A stretch of 64,000 nucleotides of DNA from a virus (lineage: Duplodnaviria > Caudoviricetes). Positions within the stretch are counted from its first letter, which is position 1. Each line of letters starts with the position of its first letter. Below, piece by piece: positions 1 through 9,600 of this stretch. The stretch lies in IMG/VR virus record IMGVR_UViG_3300033062_002302, one strand, 5' to 3'. The notes under the pieces were generated by a model. The model did no database searches. It was given only the letters and a program-made list of their open reading frames with translations, and was not told where the DNA came from. Position numbers and translations under genes: made by a program.

Positions 1-1221
1 ACATCCGAATATTATAATAAACTAATCAAAGGAACTCTCCCATTTGCTGGAGATAAACCATATGTTAATCTTTTTTCTCTTAATGTTCCAGTTTTTAATT
101 TAGATAAATATGCCAAAGAAGATTTAATTAAAGATACAAAAATAATAAAAGAACTTATTATCTCTAGAAAAGAGAAGCTTACAGATCGTAAGAGAACGCC
201 AGAAGACTCAGCCGATTTTGAAATTCAAAAAGCTTTTGAGGAAGCACGCGGGCAAGAAGCTATTTCTAAATTCTGGAATTTAACCAGAATAACCGCCTGG
301 GATCCCAAGAAATGGAATACTCTTCTTCGAACTCTTGGATATACGAATTTTTATGATCCCGGAGAATCTATCATTCATCCATCGGAACCAACTCAGATTG
401 TTATTCTTGATCCAAGAATCATCTCTCATACCAATACTTATTTTAATCCATGGGTCACATCTAACGCTCTTAATAAGACAGATCCAAGTGATAAGAAGAT
501 TTTAGAGCAGAAAATTAATAAACGCCAGGAACTTCTTTCTGATAAAATTGCTAAAGTTAACAATCCTAAAACCTTGTCTAAAATTGTAGAATTTATATTT
601 GATAACTCTTCTTTAGATCTACTTGATCATGTAATGGATAATCCAAATATGAATAATGATGTGGTGACATTAATTATTCAAAAAATTGTTACTAATCCTC
701 TTAAGAACAATCCCTTTTTAACCAATAAAGTTATTAAAAGGCTTATTTATCAAAATAAAATAAGCAATGATATTGCAAAAGCATTGATGATGATAGATCA
801 TCAAGGGATATTTTTGCCGCAGTTCGTATACTCTCAAAGTCCTAATATATTAATGAATCTTATTGAACATCCAGAAGTAGACATTAATACTCTTGCCAAA
901 ATAATTTGTGATTTTAATCATGGATCAAATATTGATCAAGCCGCATATGAAAAAATAAATTCATTTCATAAATTTCAAATAGAATTAATAATAGAGACGT
1001 GCCATAATGAAAAATTATTAAAAATGTTTTTATCTCACCCAGACCCAAAAATTAGAGAGTTTGCTAAAGCTAATTATCGATTCAATGGATTCAAAGACTC
1101 AGAATTAAAAGATCCAAAGCCCCCTTCTTCTTCTAATGTAAATTTAGAAAATACGGCTAGCTCTAAATATAATTTAATTTCAAATTCCATTTTTCTTTTT
1201 CACCTATTAACCTCCAAATGA
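1..1221 (+). CDS. 5'-truncated paralogue 1 of tandem family (conserved N-terminal domain, possibly ADP-ribosyltransferase-like, plus variable helical repeat region)
   Basis: Frame 1 is open from base 1 (TSEYYNKLIKGTLPFAGDKPY...FWNLTR...GYTNFYDPGESIIHPSEPTQIVILDPRII) and continues into the listed 574..1221 ORF. The motifs match those of 1218..2570 and 2598..3767. Confidence 0.85.
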   Translation, partial: TSEYYNKLIKGTLPFAGDKPYVNLFSLNVPVFNLDKYAKEDLIKDTKIIKELIISRKEKLTDRKRTPEDSADFEIQKAFEEARGQEAISKFWNLTRITAWDPKKWNTLLRTLGYTNFYDPGESIIHPSEPTQIVILDPRIISHTNTYFNPWVTSNALNKTDPSDKKILEQKINKRQELLSDKIAKVNNPKTLSKIVEFIFDNSSLDLLDHVMDNPNMNNDVVTLIIQKIVTNPLKNNPFLTNKVIKRLIYQNKISNDIAKALMMIDHQGIFLPQFVYSQSPNILMNLIEHPEVDINTLAKIICDFNHGSNIDQAAYEKINSFHKFQIELIIETCHNEKLLKMFLSHPDPKIREFAKANYRFNGFKDSELKDPKPPSSSNVNLENTASSKYNLISNSIFLFHLLTSK

Positions 1222-2570
1222 AAAAACAAGCAAGAATTAATATTAAAGCTCTTGAAGAATTAAAGAAATATATTGGTTCAGATGGTGAACCCACACATTT
1301 CTTTACGATGACAGAGATTAATAAGGTTGGGATTAATCCTCAAAGTAGATATAATACTCCGTTAGGAATCTACGCTTATCCTTTGACTTCAGAATATTAT
1401 AATCATTTAATTAAAGCTAGTTTGCCTTTTGCTGGAAATAAACCATATATAAATTTATTTACGATTAAAGATAATCTTTTTAATGTAAACGATTATGATA
1501 GAAATACATTATCTGATGATATTGAGAAATTACGAAATGTAGTAAGTCTTGATATGGATACTGCCGAGAAAGCTTTTAAAGAGGCAAAATTACATGCTAA
1601 TAATTCGGTTGCTAAATTTTGGAATTTAACTCGCATCATTTCTAAAGACTCTATGGGCTGGAATGCTCTTCTTAGAAAATTAGGATATACAAATTTTTAT
1701 GATCCTGGTTCAAGCCTTATTCATCCGTCTGAACCAACTCAAATTTTAATTCTTGATCCTAGAATCATTTCTATAGTAGAGTCTTTCTTAAATCCATACG
1801 CAATTGGAAATGAAAATTATAAAACTGAAAAATATGATGAATCAATAATAAAACAAAAAACAAGACAAAAATTAAATCTTTTAGATCATTTACATAATTA
1901 TAATGAAAATGTTAAAGGCTTAGATGAGAAAATTAAATATTTAGTTAATTTCGATAATGTAAATATTTTATCCAATGCATTAAAATTTAATTATAAAAAT
2001 ATAAAGCCAGAAACAGCGTCATATATAATAAATTATTTATTAAACAATAAAGCCACTCATTCTGGCGAAGATATAATTAGACTATTTCATCATCATAATA
2101 AATTGACCCAAGATGATAAAAATTTAATTGCCAATAGCAATCAGCCTAAATATTTAGATCTTATTAAATATGATGATTCTGTTGGATTATTGGTAGCGAA
2201 TAATCCAAATTCAGATATTGGGTCATTATATTTTTTAATAATAAAATCTAATGATAGTAAAACCGCGCAAGCGGCATATAATAATTTTGCCCATAAATTA
2301 TCTGCCTATGAATTAATTAATCTTGCTCAAACTATTGAAATAAAACCACTTTTATATTTCTTGTCAAATGATAAAGATGAAAAAATTAGACACGCCGCCA
2401 GGGAAAATCCTACATATAAACTATTATTTGGAGGAAATGTTGCGCCGCTAAAATCTAGTGAATTTTCTGATTATGTCGAAGCATCATTACAATCTAATTT
2501 AAAAAAGATAGCAAATAAAGTTAATTTATTTCAAAGTCTTGTAACTAAGCTTAGTTTTAATATCGAATGA
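1218..2570 (+). CDS. Tandem family paralogue 2 (putative ART-like domain plus LRV/HEAT-like repeats)
   Basis: THFFTMTEINKVGINPQS..TPLGIYAYP and LGYTNFYDPG..IHPSEPTQILILDPRII; C-terminal VANNPNS and LSNDKDEKIRHAARENP helical-repeat signatures. Confidence 0.8.
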   Translation: MKKQARINIKALEELKKYIGSDGEPTHFFTMTEINKVGINPQSRYNTPLGIYAYPLTSEYYNHLIKASLPFAGNKPYINLFTIKDNLFNVNDYDRNTLSDDIEKLRNVVSLDMDTAEKAFKEAKLHANNSVAKFWNLTRIISKDSMGWNALLRKLGYTNFYDPGSSLIHPSEPTQILILDPRIISIVESFLNPYAIGNENYKTEKYDESIIKQKTRQKLNLLDHLHNYNENVKGLDEKIKYLVNFDNVNILSNALKFNYKNIKPETASYIINYLLNNKATHSGEDIIRLFHHHNKLTQDDKNLIANSNQPKYLDLIKYDDSVGLLVANNPNSDIGSLYFLIIKSNDSKTAQAAYNNFAHKLSAYELINLAQTIEIKPLLYFLSNDKDEKIRHAARENPTYKLLFGGNVAPLKSSEFSDYVEASLQSNLKKIANKVNLFQSLVTKLSFNIE

Positions 2571-2597
2571 GCTTATTAATAGAGTGATATTTTAGTT

Positions 2598-3767
2598 ATG
2601 AAGTATAAAGCTGCCAGAATTAACAAAGAATCTTTTGAAGAGCTAAAACAATATGTCTCTGGCTTTGCAAACCCAACCCATTTCTTCACCATGACCGAGA
2701 TCAATAAGGTCGGAATTAATCCTCAGTCAAAATATAGCACACCAATAGGCGTCTATGCTTATCCACTTACATCTAGCTACTACAATAAGCTTATAAATGA
2801 CTCGCTCCCATTTGCAGGTGAAAAACCTTATATAAATGTCTTTACTCTTACTCAACCTGTATTTAATCTCTCATATTATAAAGAATATGATCTAGAAAAA
2901 GATGTTGAAGCCCTTTCTCCTGATAAATCTATCTTACAAGAAGCTTTTTCAAGAGCGCGATTTTCGTCTCCAGCAGGTAGGTTCTGGAATTTAACCAGGC
3001 TCCTCGCCAATAAAGATGCCAAAGCCTGGAATACCATTCTTAGAAAACTTAATTACACCAACTTCTATGATCCAGGCGAAGAGATTATCCACCCATCAGA
3101 ACCTACCCAAATTGTTATTCTAGACCCAAGAATTATTTCTATCGTAAAAACTATCTATAATCCTCATGCCTTTATTAAAGAAGATGAAGTCGGTCATGTT
3201 AGTCCTAAAGACCAAGCCCTTCTAACACAAAGAAGATCTCAAGAAAAAAGCCTTAAAGATAAATTACGAGATTGTGAAGACCCTAGAATTATATTTAATA
3301 TTGCAAAACAGTTTGTCAATAACCCAGAAGTTATTTATAATTTAGCTGGCAATCCAAATATTGATAAAAATACATCAACTTTTATTCTTGAAAATATAGA
3401 TAAATATCCGAATTTTGGAATGGATATAGTTTTTTATATCTCTGATGCTCATCCAGATGTTCTAGATAAATTTATTAAAGAATATAAGCTGCCAACTCCA
3501 ATAAAATCTTATTTGTCCATTCAGAAATGGATTACTGATTCTCAATTTAATGCATTAATTAATGATCCTTCTAGAAACGATAAAGAAATAATAGCGGAAA
3601 CTCTTCTTTATAAAAAACTTACAGAACCTAAACGTACAATATTTAAAGAATTTCTCAAGAAAAATCCTGATATTGTCAACAAAATTCATGCTGAAAATGA
3701 AATGAGCAAAGCTTCTTCTTTACTTCAAAAAATAAATACTTTTGTTAAATTGACATCAAAAAAGTAA
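2598..3767 (+). CDS. Tandem family paralogue 3
   Basis: Same ~190-aa N-terminal domain; divergent C-terminal half with LAGNPNID repeat signature. Confidence 0.8.
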   Translation: MKYKAARINKESFEELKQYVSGFANPTHFFTMTEINKVGINPQSKYSTPIGVYAYPLTSSYYNKLINDSLPFAGEKPYINVFTLTQPVFNLSYYKEYDLEKDVEALSPDKSILQEAFSRARFSSPAGRFWNLTRLLANKDAKAWNTILRKLNYTNFYDPGEEIIHPSEPTQIVILDPRIISIVKTIYNPHAFIKEDEVGHVSPKDQALLTQRRSQEKSLKDKLRDCEDPRIIFNIAKQFVNNPEVIYNLAGNPNIDKNTSTFILENIDKYPNFGMDIVFYISDAHPDVLDKFIKEYKLPTPIKSYLSIQKWITDSQFNALINDPSRNDKEIIAETLLYKKLTEPKRTIFKEFLKKNPDIVNKIHAENEMSKASSLLQKINTFVKLTSKK

Positions 3768-3793
3768 GATTATAAATTTTTAAAACTAAACAA

Positions 3794-4987
3794 TTAAATA
3801 TCTTGTGATTTGTTTTGAATTGGTGGAACAACATCTTCCACTTTAAAATCATAGGCTTTGATTCGCTTTATCCATTCATAAAATTCATTCAAGGATATTT
3901 TACCTTTTGCCCAATTACAGTATTTACAGCATGGAACAACATTATCTCTAGTATGACCCTTAGAACTATCAATTCGATCTATCCCATTATATAAATACTC
4001 GCTCTCTTGTCGAGCTAACTCTGATGATTTTTTACTTTTATTAACTTGCCTATTAGAAGGCTCTTTATCACAGTAAAAACAATTCATTTGAGATAAATAA
4101 TGAAATTCTTCCATACTTAAATCTGTATCTTTTTTATAGCCATTAAATATGCTATTAACTGAGCTTTTATAAAACGATGATTTGTAATTGGTTTCACATA
4201 ATGGTAATGTTGTTTGAATAAAATCTTTACAATTTAATTTAATTGTCCAATTTTTAAATTCAGATAATGATCTATCAGATTTTGCTTTATTACATTGATT
4301 ACAGCATGGAACGACATTGTCTAATGTGTGAGATTTGTTGCTGTCAATCCTATCTAATCCATTAAAATAAAAACCGCCTTCTTCTTTAGCCTTAATAGAT
4401 CCTTTTGCTGATTTAGCATTGAAAAAATTATATAATTTACTAGGCTTAATTCCACAGTATAAACAATTCATTTGAGTAATTTTATAAAAATCATCAAATT
4501 GAATTTTCATTTCTTTATCCCTTTGACAATATCCTTGCCAAATACGTCGAGCAGAAGCAATCACAGGGATAGATTTTCTTCTTCCTTCTATTAATTTATG
4601 CGCTTTTTTAGTTAAACTTTCTCTATTAAGACATCCACATGATTTAGTATTTCCCGAAGTCAATGCACAAGATTTAATCATAATAGTATTGCCACAATCA
4701 CATAAACAAGTCCATTTGCTTTTTTTATATGAAATTGTTGTAAGCCTATCAAATTTTGTTCCGGGAGCAATTGAAGTTTCTCCATCTGTAATAATACAGC
4801 CACAAGAAGCTACGCCTCCAAAATTAAGATTTGCCGTAATAGCATTTTTAATATTGCCACAGTCACATAAACATTCCCAATATCCGAAATATCTATTATT
4901 TAGAAATATGCTTGGAAGTTTTTTGATTACCAAAAGCCTGCCAAATCTCTGCCCTATCAAATTTGTGTTCTTTTCTGAATTTTTCAT
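3794..4987 (-). CDS. HNH-type homing endonuclease-like protein with duplicated domains
   Basis: Two G.RFGRL...C.CDCG...SCGC modules and two CxYC...G(L/I)DRIDS.K.HT.DNVVPCC..CN.AK modules. Confidence 0.8.
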   Translation of the reverse strand: MKNSEKNTNLIGQRFGRLLVIKKLPSIFLNNRYFGYWECLCDCGNIKNAITANLNFGGVASCGCIITDGETSIAPGTKFDRLTTISYKKSKWTCLCDCGNTIMIKSCALTSGNTKSCGCLNRESLTKKAHKLIEGRRKSIPVIASARRIWQGYCQRDKEMKIQFDDFYKITQMNCLYCGIKPSKLYNFFNAKSAKGSIKAKEEGGFYFNGLDRIDSNKSHTLDNVVPCCNQCNKAKSDRSLSEFKNWTIKLNCKDFIQTTLPLCETNYKSSFYKSSVNSIFNGYKKDTDLSMEEFHYLSQMNCFYCDKEPSNRQVNKSKKSSELARQESEYLYNGIDRIDSSKGHTRDNVVPCCKYCNWAKGKISLNEFYEWIKRIKAYDFKVEDVVPPIQNKSQDI

Positions 4988-5065
4988 GATCTATTCTTTC
5001 ATATATCATAATTTGCATAACAAAATTTATTTTTAAATAGGCAATAATTTATTATAAATGTACGT

Positions 5066-5106
5066 AATGCGGTAATTACTACCGTATTCTCGCTGATAAT
5101 ATCGGC
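5066..5106 (+). promoter_or_regulatory. Two stem-loops in the 5' leader of the major capsid gene
   Basis: AATGCGGTA-attac-TACCGTATT (5066-5088) and GCTGAT-aat-ATCGGC (5092-5106), upstream of an AAGGA Shine-Dalgarno. Confidence 0.5.
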
Positions 5107-5126
5107 AATTTTTCAAAGGAAATTAT

Positions 5127-6137
5127 ATGAATATGTTTAATAACAAAGGCGAAGTAAACGCAAGTTCTATGCGCGATTGTTTAATGCAGATCGCGAAATA
5201 TGCTTCAACACTCGAATCGAATGAGCCTGCTAATGGTTCTCTTACGGGACAAATGTCTCTCTCCGATGAGAAACGCGACGATTTAGTTGCACGCGCGATT
5301 TCTACGAGCGAAGGTAAATTGGCTCTTGCTCAGGCAATGGCTTCTCCTATTCGCCGAAACCTTGATTACCACGGAATTGCTCGTCGGGCTCTCGTTGTAG
5401 ATCCACTTGCTCAGGGAGCTTATCCTTCATATGAGCGCGATATTGACGTCTCTGCCGTCGTTATCTCCTCAAATGGTACGGGTCCAGAATCACGCGTCTT
5501 CGGTGACCGTGTTGTCGTCCCAACCTTCGAACTCTTTTCTAACCCAACCGTTCGTATCTCCGAAGTTCGTAGACGCCGGTTCAACGTTATTGACCGTGCG
5601 GTTCAGAAAGCTCGCCAGGAAATCATGGCGCAGGAAGACGCGAACGTCTTTGCTGCTCTCGATGCGGCTGCTTCAAATGAAAACACCGTTCAGGACATTG
5701 CAGACTCTGGTCTATTAAAGCGTGACCTTATCGAGCTTAAGGCTCAGGTTGATCGCTGGGACCTCGTCACGACCAAGTATTTCATGAACATTAACGAGTT
5801 CACGGATATCTTGAAGTGGGGTTCAGGTGGTGGTCAAGGAACCGGTGGCGGTGAAGTTGATCCAGTAACGATGCGTGAAATTTTGCAGACTGGTTTGTAT
5901 GCTCATATTTGGGGTGCAGACATTATGGTAAGCAAGATAGTTCCGCCAGGAACCTGCTATGCGCTCGCAGATGCGGAGTTTGTGGGGGTCCTTCCAATAC
6001 GCCAGGACATTGAAGTTCTTCCCGCAGACGAGCCAAAACAGTTAAAAATGGGCTGGGTTGTTTCCGAGGAAATTGGTATTGCGATTGTTAACCCACGCGG
6101 AGTCGCGAAGGGTAACAAGTCAGTCGTAGTCGAATAA
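5127..6137 (+). CDS. Major capsid protein (HK97 fold, putative)
   Basis: 336 aa, strong codon bias, strong SD, structured leader and own terminator. Motifs LAQAMASPIRRNLDY.GIARRAL.V and RRFNVIDRAVQKARQEIMAQED.NVF are typical of large-phage capsid proteins. Confidence 0.8.
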   Translation: MNMFNNKGEVNASSMRDCLMQIAKYASTLESNEPANGSLTGQMSLSDEKRDDLVARAISTSEGKLALAQAMASPIRRNLDYHGIARRALVVDPLAQGAYPSYERDIDVSAVVISSNGTGPESRVFGDRVVVPTFELFSNPTVRISEVRRRRFNVIDRAVQKARQEIMAQEDANVFAALDAAASNENTVQDIADSGLLKRDLIELKAQVDRWDLVTTKYFMNINEFTDILKWGSGGGQGTGGGEVDPVTMREILQTGLYAHIWGADIMVSKIVPPGTCYALADAEFVGVLPIRQDIEVLPADEPKQLKMGWVVSEEIGIAIVNPRGVAKGNKSVVVE

Positions 6138-6180
6138 TTGTAAATCAATAAACTAGCTCTTAATTAGAGTTAAGATTAAG

Positions 6181-6220
6181 AAGAGTTCTAGAGAAATCTA
6201 GGGCTCTTTTTTTATTTTTT
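6181..6220 (+). terminator. Rho-independent terminator after the capsid gene
   Basis: AAGAGTTCTAGA-gaaa-TCTAGGGCTCTT followed by a long T tract; a smaller hairpin lies at 6154-6172. Confidence 0.85.
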
Positions 6221-6233
6221 AAAATATTTTTGC

Positions 6234-6261
6234 TTGCGAAAAATCTGAGTGTGCTTATGCT
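6234..6261 (+). promoter_or_regulatory. Possible sigma70-type promoter for the HNH trio
   Basis: TTGCGA-N16-TATGCT just after the terminator and before the GAGG SD of 6301. Confidence 0.35.
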
Positions 6262-6300
6262 TGGAGGTATAGCAATTAAGCTAAATTAGCCGAGGAAGAT

Positions 6301-6906
6301 ATGAAAAAAATAAATATGATAGGTCAAACCTATAATAGGTTAACTGTTATAGAAGAAGTCTATAAAACGACTGGAAGAAATAGGCGATTTAAATGTTTAT
6401 GTGTATGCGGTACCTACACCGAAGTATCTTTAGATAAAATTCGTTCTGGAAGTACAAAATCATGCGGATGTTGGATGACAGAAGTGAATAAGAAAAAAGC
6501 CTATAAGTTATATGGAGGTGCAGTAAAATATACTCCTTATGAAGCAACAGCTAGGCGCGTCGCACAATCAAGATCTTATAAAGATATTCCATTTGAACAT
6601 TTTATGGAATTAAGTCAAAAAGATTGTTATTATTGCGGAGAACCTCCTTTTAATAAACAAAATTGTGCTGGGAAAAATTCTTCTCAGAACATGAGAGATA
6701 ACGCAGATTTTATTTATAATGGATTAGATAGAATTGACAATAATTTGGGGCATGTAGTAGGCAATTTAGTTCCATGTTGCAAGTTTTGCAATTGGTCAAA
6801 GAGAGACAGAGCTCAAAAAGAATTTTATGAATGGGCATTGAGCGTTAATTCTCATATTGATTCATCAGAAGAATTATTAAAAATAATAGAGCGGGGAGAA
6901 AAATAA
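6301..6906 (+). CDS. HNH endonuclease-like protein
   Basis: GQTYNRLTV...C.CVCG...KSCGC; CYYCG...GLDRIDNNLGH..GNLVPCCKFCNWSK. Confidence 0.8.
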   Translation: MKKINMIGQTYNRLTVIEEVYKTTGRNRRFKCLCVCGTYTEVSLDKIRSGSTKSCGCWMTEVNKKKAYKLYGGAVKYTPYEATARRVAQSRSYKDIPFEHFMELSQKDCYYCGEPPFNKQNCAGKNSSQNMRDNADFIYNGLDRIDNNLGHVVGNLVPCCKFCNWSKRDRAQKEFYEWALSVNSHIDSSEELLKIIERGEK

Positions 6907-6907
6907 A

Positions 6908-7531
6908 ATGGGGCAAAAACAAAAGCCAATGGATTTAATGGGACAGATATTTACTCGTTTAACGGTAATTGGACCCGCAGAGCATCAAGGTAAAAAGAAA
7001 GCGCCAGCGTGGACTTGTAGATGTGAGTGTGGTAATATACATATTGTCAAAGCTGAATATTTAAGAAGTGGTAGTGTTAAATCATGTGGGTGTTTAAATA
7101 GAGAGAAAACAGGCGAAAGAGCTAAATTATTATTTACTTCTACATCTAAAGATGCTTTAATTAAAGCATCTGCTAAATCAGTTTATAGAAATAATTATTC
7201 TGAAATGAATTTTGATGATTTTTATCGAATATCTCAACAAAATTGTTATTATTGTAATGCTAAGCCATTTAGTAAATTTAATATTAATAAAGGTCCGAGA
7301 AATTCTGAATTTGCACAAGAAAATGGATGGTTTTATTATAATGGATTAGATAGACTAGATAATTCTATATCCAATCATACCGTTGAAAATTGCGTTCCTT
7401 GTTGTAAGTTTTGTAATATTGCTAAAAGGGACCGTACAGCAAAAGAATTTTTGTTATGGATTAGAAAATTAGCAAAGAAAATCAATGAGACGCAAGAAAT
7501 GCAAAAAGTTATAAATGAGGATTTATTATGA
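6908..7531 (+). CDS. HNH endonuclease-like protein
   Basis: Same architecture: CRCECG, KSCGC, CYYC, GLDRLDN...NCVPCCKFCNIAK. Confidence 0.8.
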   Translation: MGQKQKPMDLMGQIFTRLTVIGPAEHQGKKKAPAWTCRCECGNIHIVKAEYLRSGSVKSCGCLNREKTGERAKLLFTSTSKDALIKASAKSVYRNNYSEMNFDDFYRISQQNCYYCNAKPFSKFNINKGPRNSEFAQENGWFYYNGLDRLDNSISNHTVENCVPCCKFCNIAKRDRTAKEFLLWIRKLAKKINETQEMQKVINEDLL

Positions 7532-8037
7532 ATAACAGAGCGGATTTAATTAATAAAAAAATTGGAAAATTAACTGTCATATCTTTTAATGAAGAAAAAG
7601 AAACTAGAAGAGGATATTGGAATTGCGTATGTGAATGTCAAAATATGATTATCGTTAGAACTGACAAGCTTCAAGATGGAAGCACTCTTTCTTGCGGCTG
7701 TCTTAATAGTGAAAATGGTAAGATTAAAGCATTAAAAATGAAAGCTGCTTGGCAAAAGTATTCTCCATCTGAGGCAACAGCTCGAATTATATGGAAACAA
7801 ACATATAACGAAATGGATTTTAATGATTTCATTGAAGCATCAAAATTAAATTGCTTTAAATGCAATGCTCCTCCGTCTGTATCTCAAAATAGAGCTACTA
7901 AGAAATCATCTGAAGATATGAAGAAAAATGGCTTTTTTACCTACAACCATATTGTTAAAATAAACAATGAATTGCCTTATTCTAAAGATAATGTAATTAC
8001 GGCTTGTCCTGGGTGCAAGAAATGCATGAAGTCTTAA
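7528..8037 (+). CDS. Degenerate or truncated HNH endonuclease-like paralogue
   Basis: N-terminal CVCEC/SCGC module intact; GLDRID replaced by HIVKIN; ends at CPGCKKCMKS. Confidence 0.7.
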   Translation: MNNRADLINKKIGKLTVISFNEEKETRRGYWNCVCECQNMIIVRTDKLQDGSTLSCGCLNSENGKIKALKMKAAWQKYSPSEATARIIWKQTYNEMDFNDFIEASKLNCFKCNAPPSVSQNRATKKSSEDMKKNGFFTYNHIVKINNELPYSKDNVITACPGCKKCMKS

Positions 8038-8256
8038 TTTTAAAACAAAGAATATTACTGAGGCTCTAAGAGCCAGTCGGGACTTTAATTAAGGCTAGAG
8101 AATTAATTTATTATTATTTTCATCTTGTTAGAAATCTTGAAGAGAAGACTGTGTTATCATTAGTTTTAGCTTTTATTTGAATTATCAACCGTTTGGATGA
8201 TTATTTGAATAGGAATAAAGTCGCATTCTACTGTCAACCAGATAAGGAAAATATAC

Positions 8257-8982
8257 GTGGAATTTGAAACATTTTTTGATCTATATGAATCTCTTTCTAA
8301 AAGCCTAGAAGTTGATTCGGATGTTCGCAAGAATAATTCAGAGGCTCGTAAAAAAAGCTATGAAATTAATTCGTTAATAAAAAACGCTTCCTTTGACAAG
8401 GAAGCTTTTGATACTAGAAGAATTGATCAAGAAACTACTGTAAATCCGCGTCGAGGGCTTCAGAATTATCATCGTTCAGCCCCATTTGTATCTCAGGATA
8501 TGAAGCGCAAGATAACTGCTTTTACTAAACTTTTCAATGTTTTAAAGAATATTAAAGATGTTTATGGGCGCGAGGAAGAGTTTCAGGATAGTTATGTTAG
8601 AGTTCTTCATTCGTCTGTAAAAAAAGCTTTGAGATTAAAACAAGGCGACAATGATTTTAGTGATTCTCAGGCAAGTGTTGGAAGTCTAGAATATTTAGAT
8701 CAATTGATATATGTTAGGTATAGATTAACGGCAGAGTCTTTATTGACGATGGCGGAAGAAGAGATTTCGGAAGTTTTATTGGCAAAAGATGAGCTATTAA
8801 TGAATTTAGATATGTCAGACTCGTTAAAAGAAGCTTCTTCGGAATATGATCAAAATAAAAAATATACAAATGATAGGGAGCCAGCTTTACGGACTCGAAG
8901 CGATTCAACTTATGAAGTTGTTAAGCCATCTCAGTCGGCATCTGAAAACGCCAAAACTGTTACTATAAATATTAACGTATAA
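8257..8982 (+). CDS. Hypothetical protein (head region)
   Basis: 241-aa ORF, GTG start with AAGGA SD. Confidence 0.75.
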   Translation: MEFETFFDLYESLSKSLEVDSDVRKNNSEARKKSYEINSLIKNASFDKEAFDTRRIDQETTVNPRRGLQNYHRSAPFVSQDMKRKITAFTKLFNVLKNIKDVYGREEEFQDSYVRVLHSSVKKALRLKQGDNDFSDSQASVGSLEYLDQLIYVRYRLTAESLLTMAEEEISEVLLAKDELLMNLDMSDSLKEASSEYDQNKKYTNDREPALRTRSDSTYEVVKPSQSASENAKTVTININV

Positions 8983-8991
8983 GGACTTTGT

Positions 8992-9600
8992 TTGGACGAA
9001 TTTGCCCCATATTTTAAAAAGAATGGTTGTTTTGTCGTTAGGAACACTACTCCTTATCGCAATAAAACAATTAGAATTTTTAATTATCCTATTTTGTATA
9101 ACGAGACCAGAGATCTATTAAGTATCCCTGGTGTCGCTGAGCAGGATATTCGTGCTTCTCTTTTAAAAGGAGAAATTAAACATAAGATATTATCTGGCGA
9201 TATTGTAATTGAATGTTCGGATATAGATTTACTTCAATTTAATAGCACTCATAAGTCGTTCCTTCAAGCGGCTGGAGTTGTAAAAGGACTCCAAGTTGGC
9301 GCTGGCAATTTAGACGTTCTTCATAAAGAAGATATTCAATTGCTTGGCGTTATAGACAATTCAAATACTGTGTTTGCGATTCCGTTTGGAACATTTATTC
9401 AAAATGATATTTATAAAATAATTGTTTATCGCAACGGTGTAAAGCAGTTGTATTTAGACGATTATTTTATTGCTGAGTCGGGTGGACCTGGAACTGGGTT
9501 TAACACTTGTATATTTTCTGTTGCGCCGAATACGGTTAATGGGATTGTTGACGTTATCACAGCGGACTATTATTTAGATAATACTGAGGCGGAAGTTTGA
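8992..9600 (+). CDS. Putative fibre-attachment/decoration protein
   Basis: C-terminal NTVF...VYRNGVKQ...DY...F..AP....ITADY beta module seen in phage fibre proteins; overlaps the start of the collagen gene. Confidence 0.55.
   Translation: MDEFAPYFKKNGCFVVRNTTPYRNKTIRIFNYPILYNETRDLLSIPGVAEQDIRASLLKGEIKHKILSGDIVIECSDIDLLQFNSTHKSFLQAAGVVKGLQVGAGNLDVLHKEDIQLLGVIDNSNTVFAIPFGTFIQNDIYKIIVYRNGVKQLYLDDYFIAESGGPGTGFNTCIFSVAPNTVNGIVDVITADYYLDNTEAEV

Noticed and set aside
574-1221. Stand-alone 215-aa gene starting at TTG 574
   Set aside because: The frame is open from base 1 and encodes the family's conserved domain, so this is the 3' part of a longer gene
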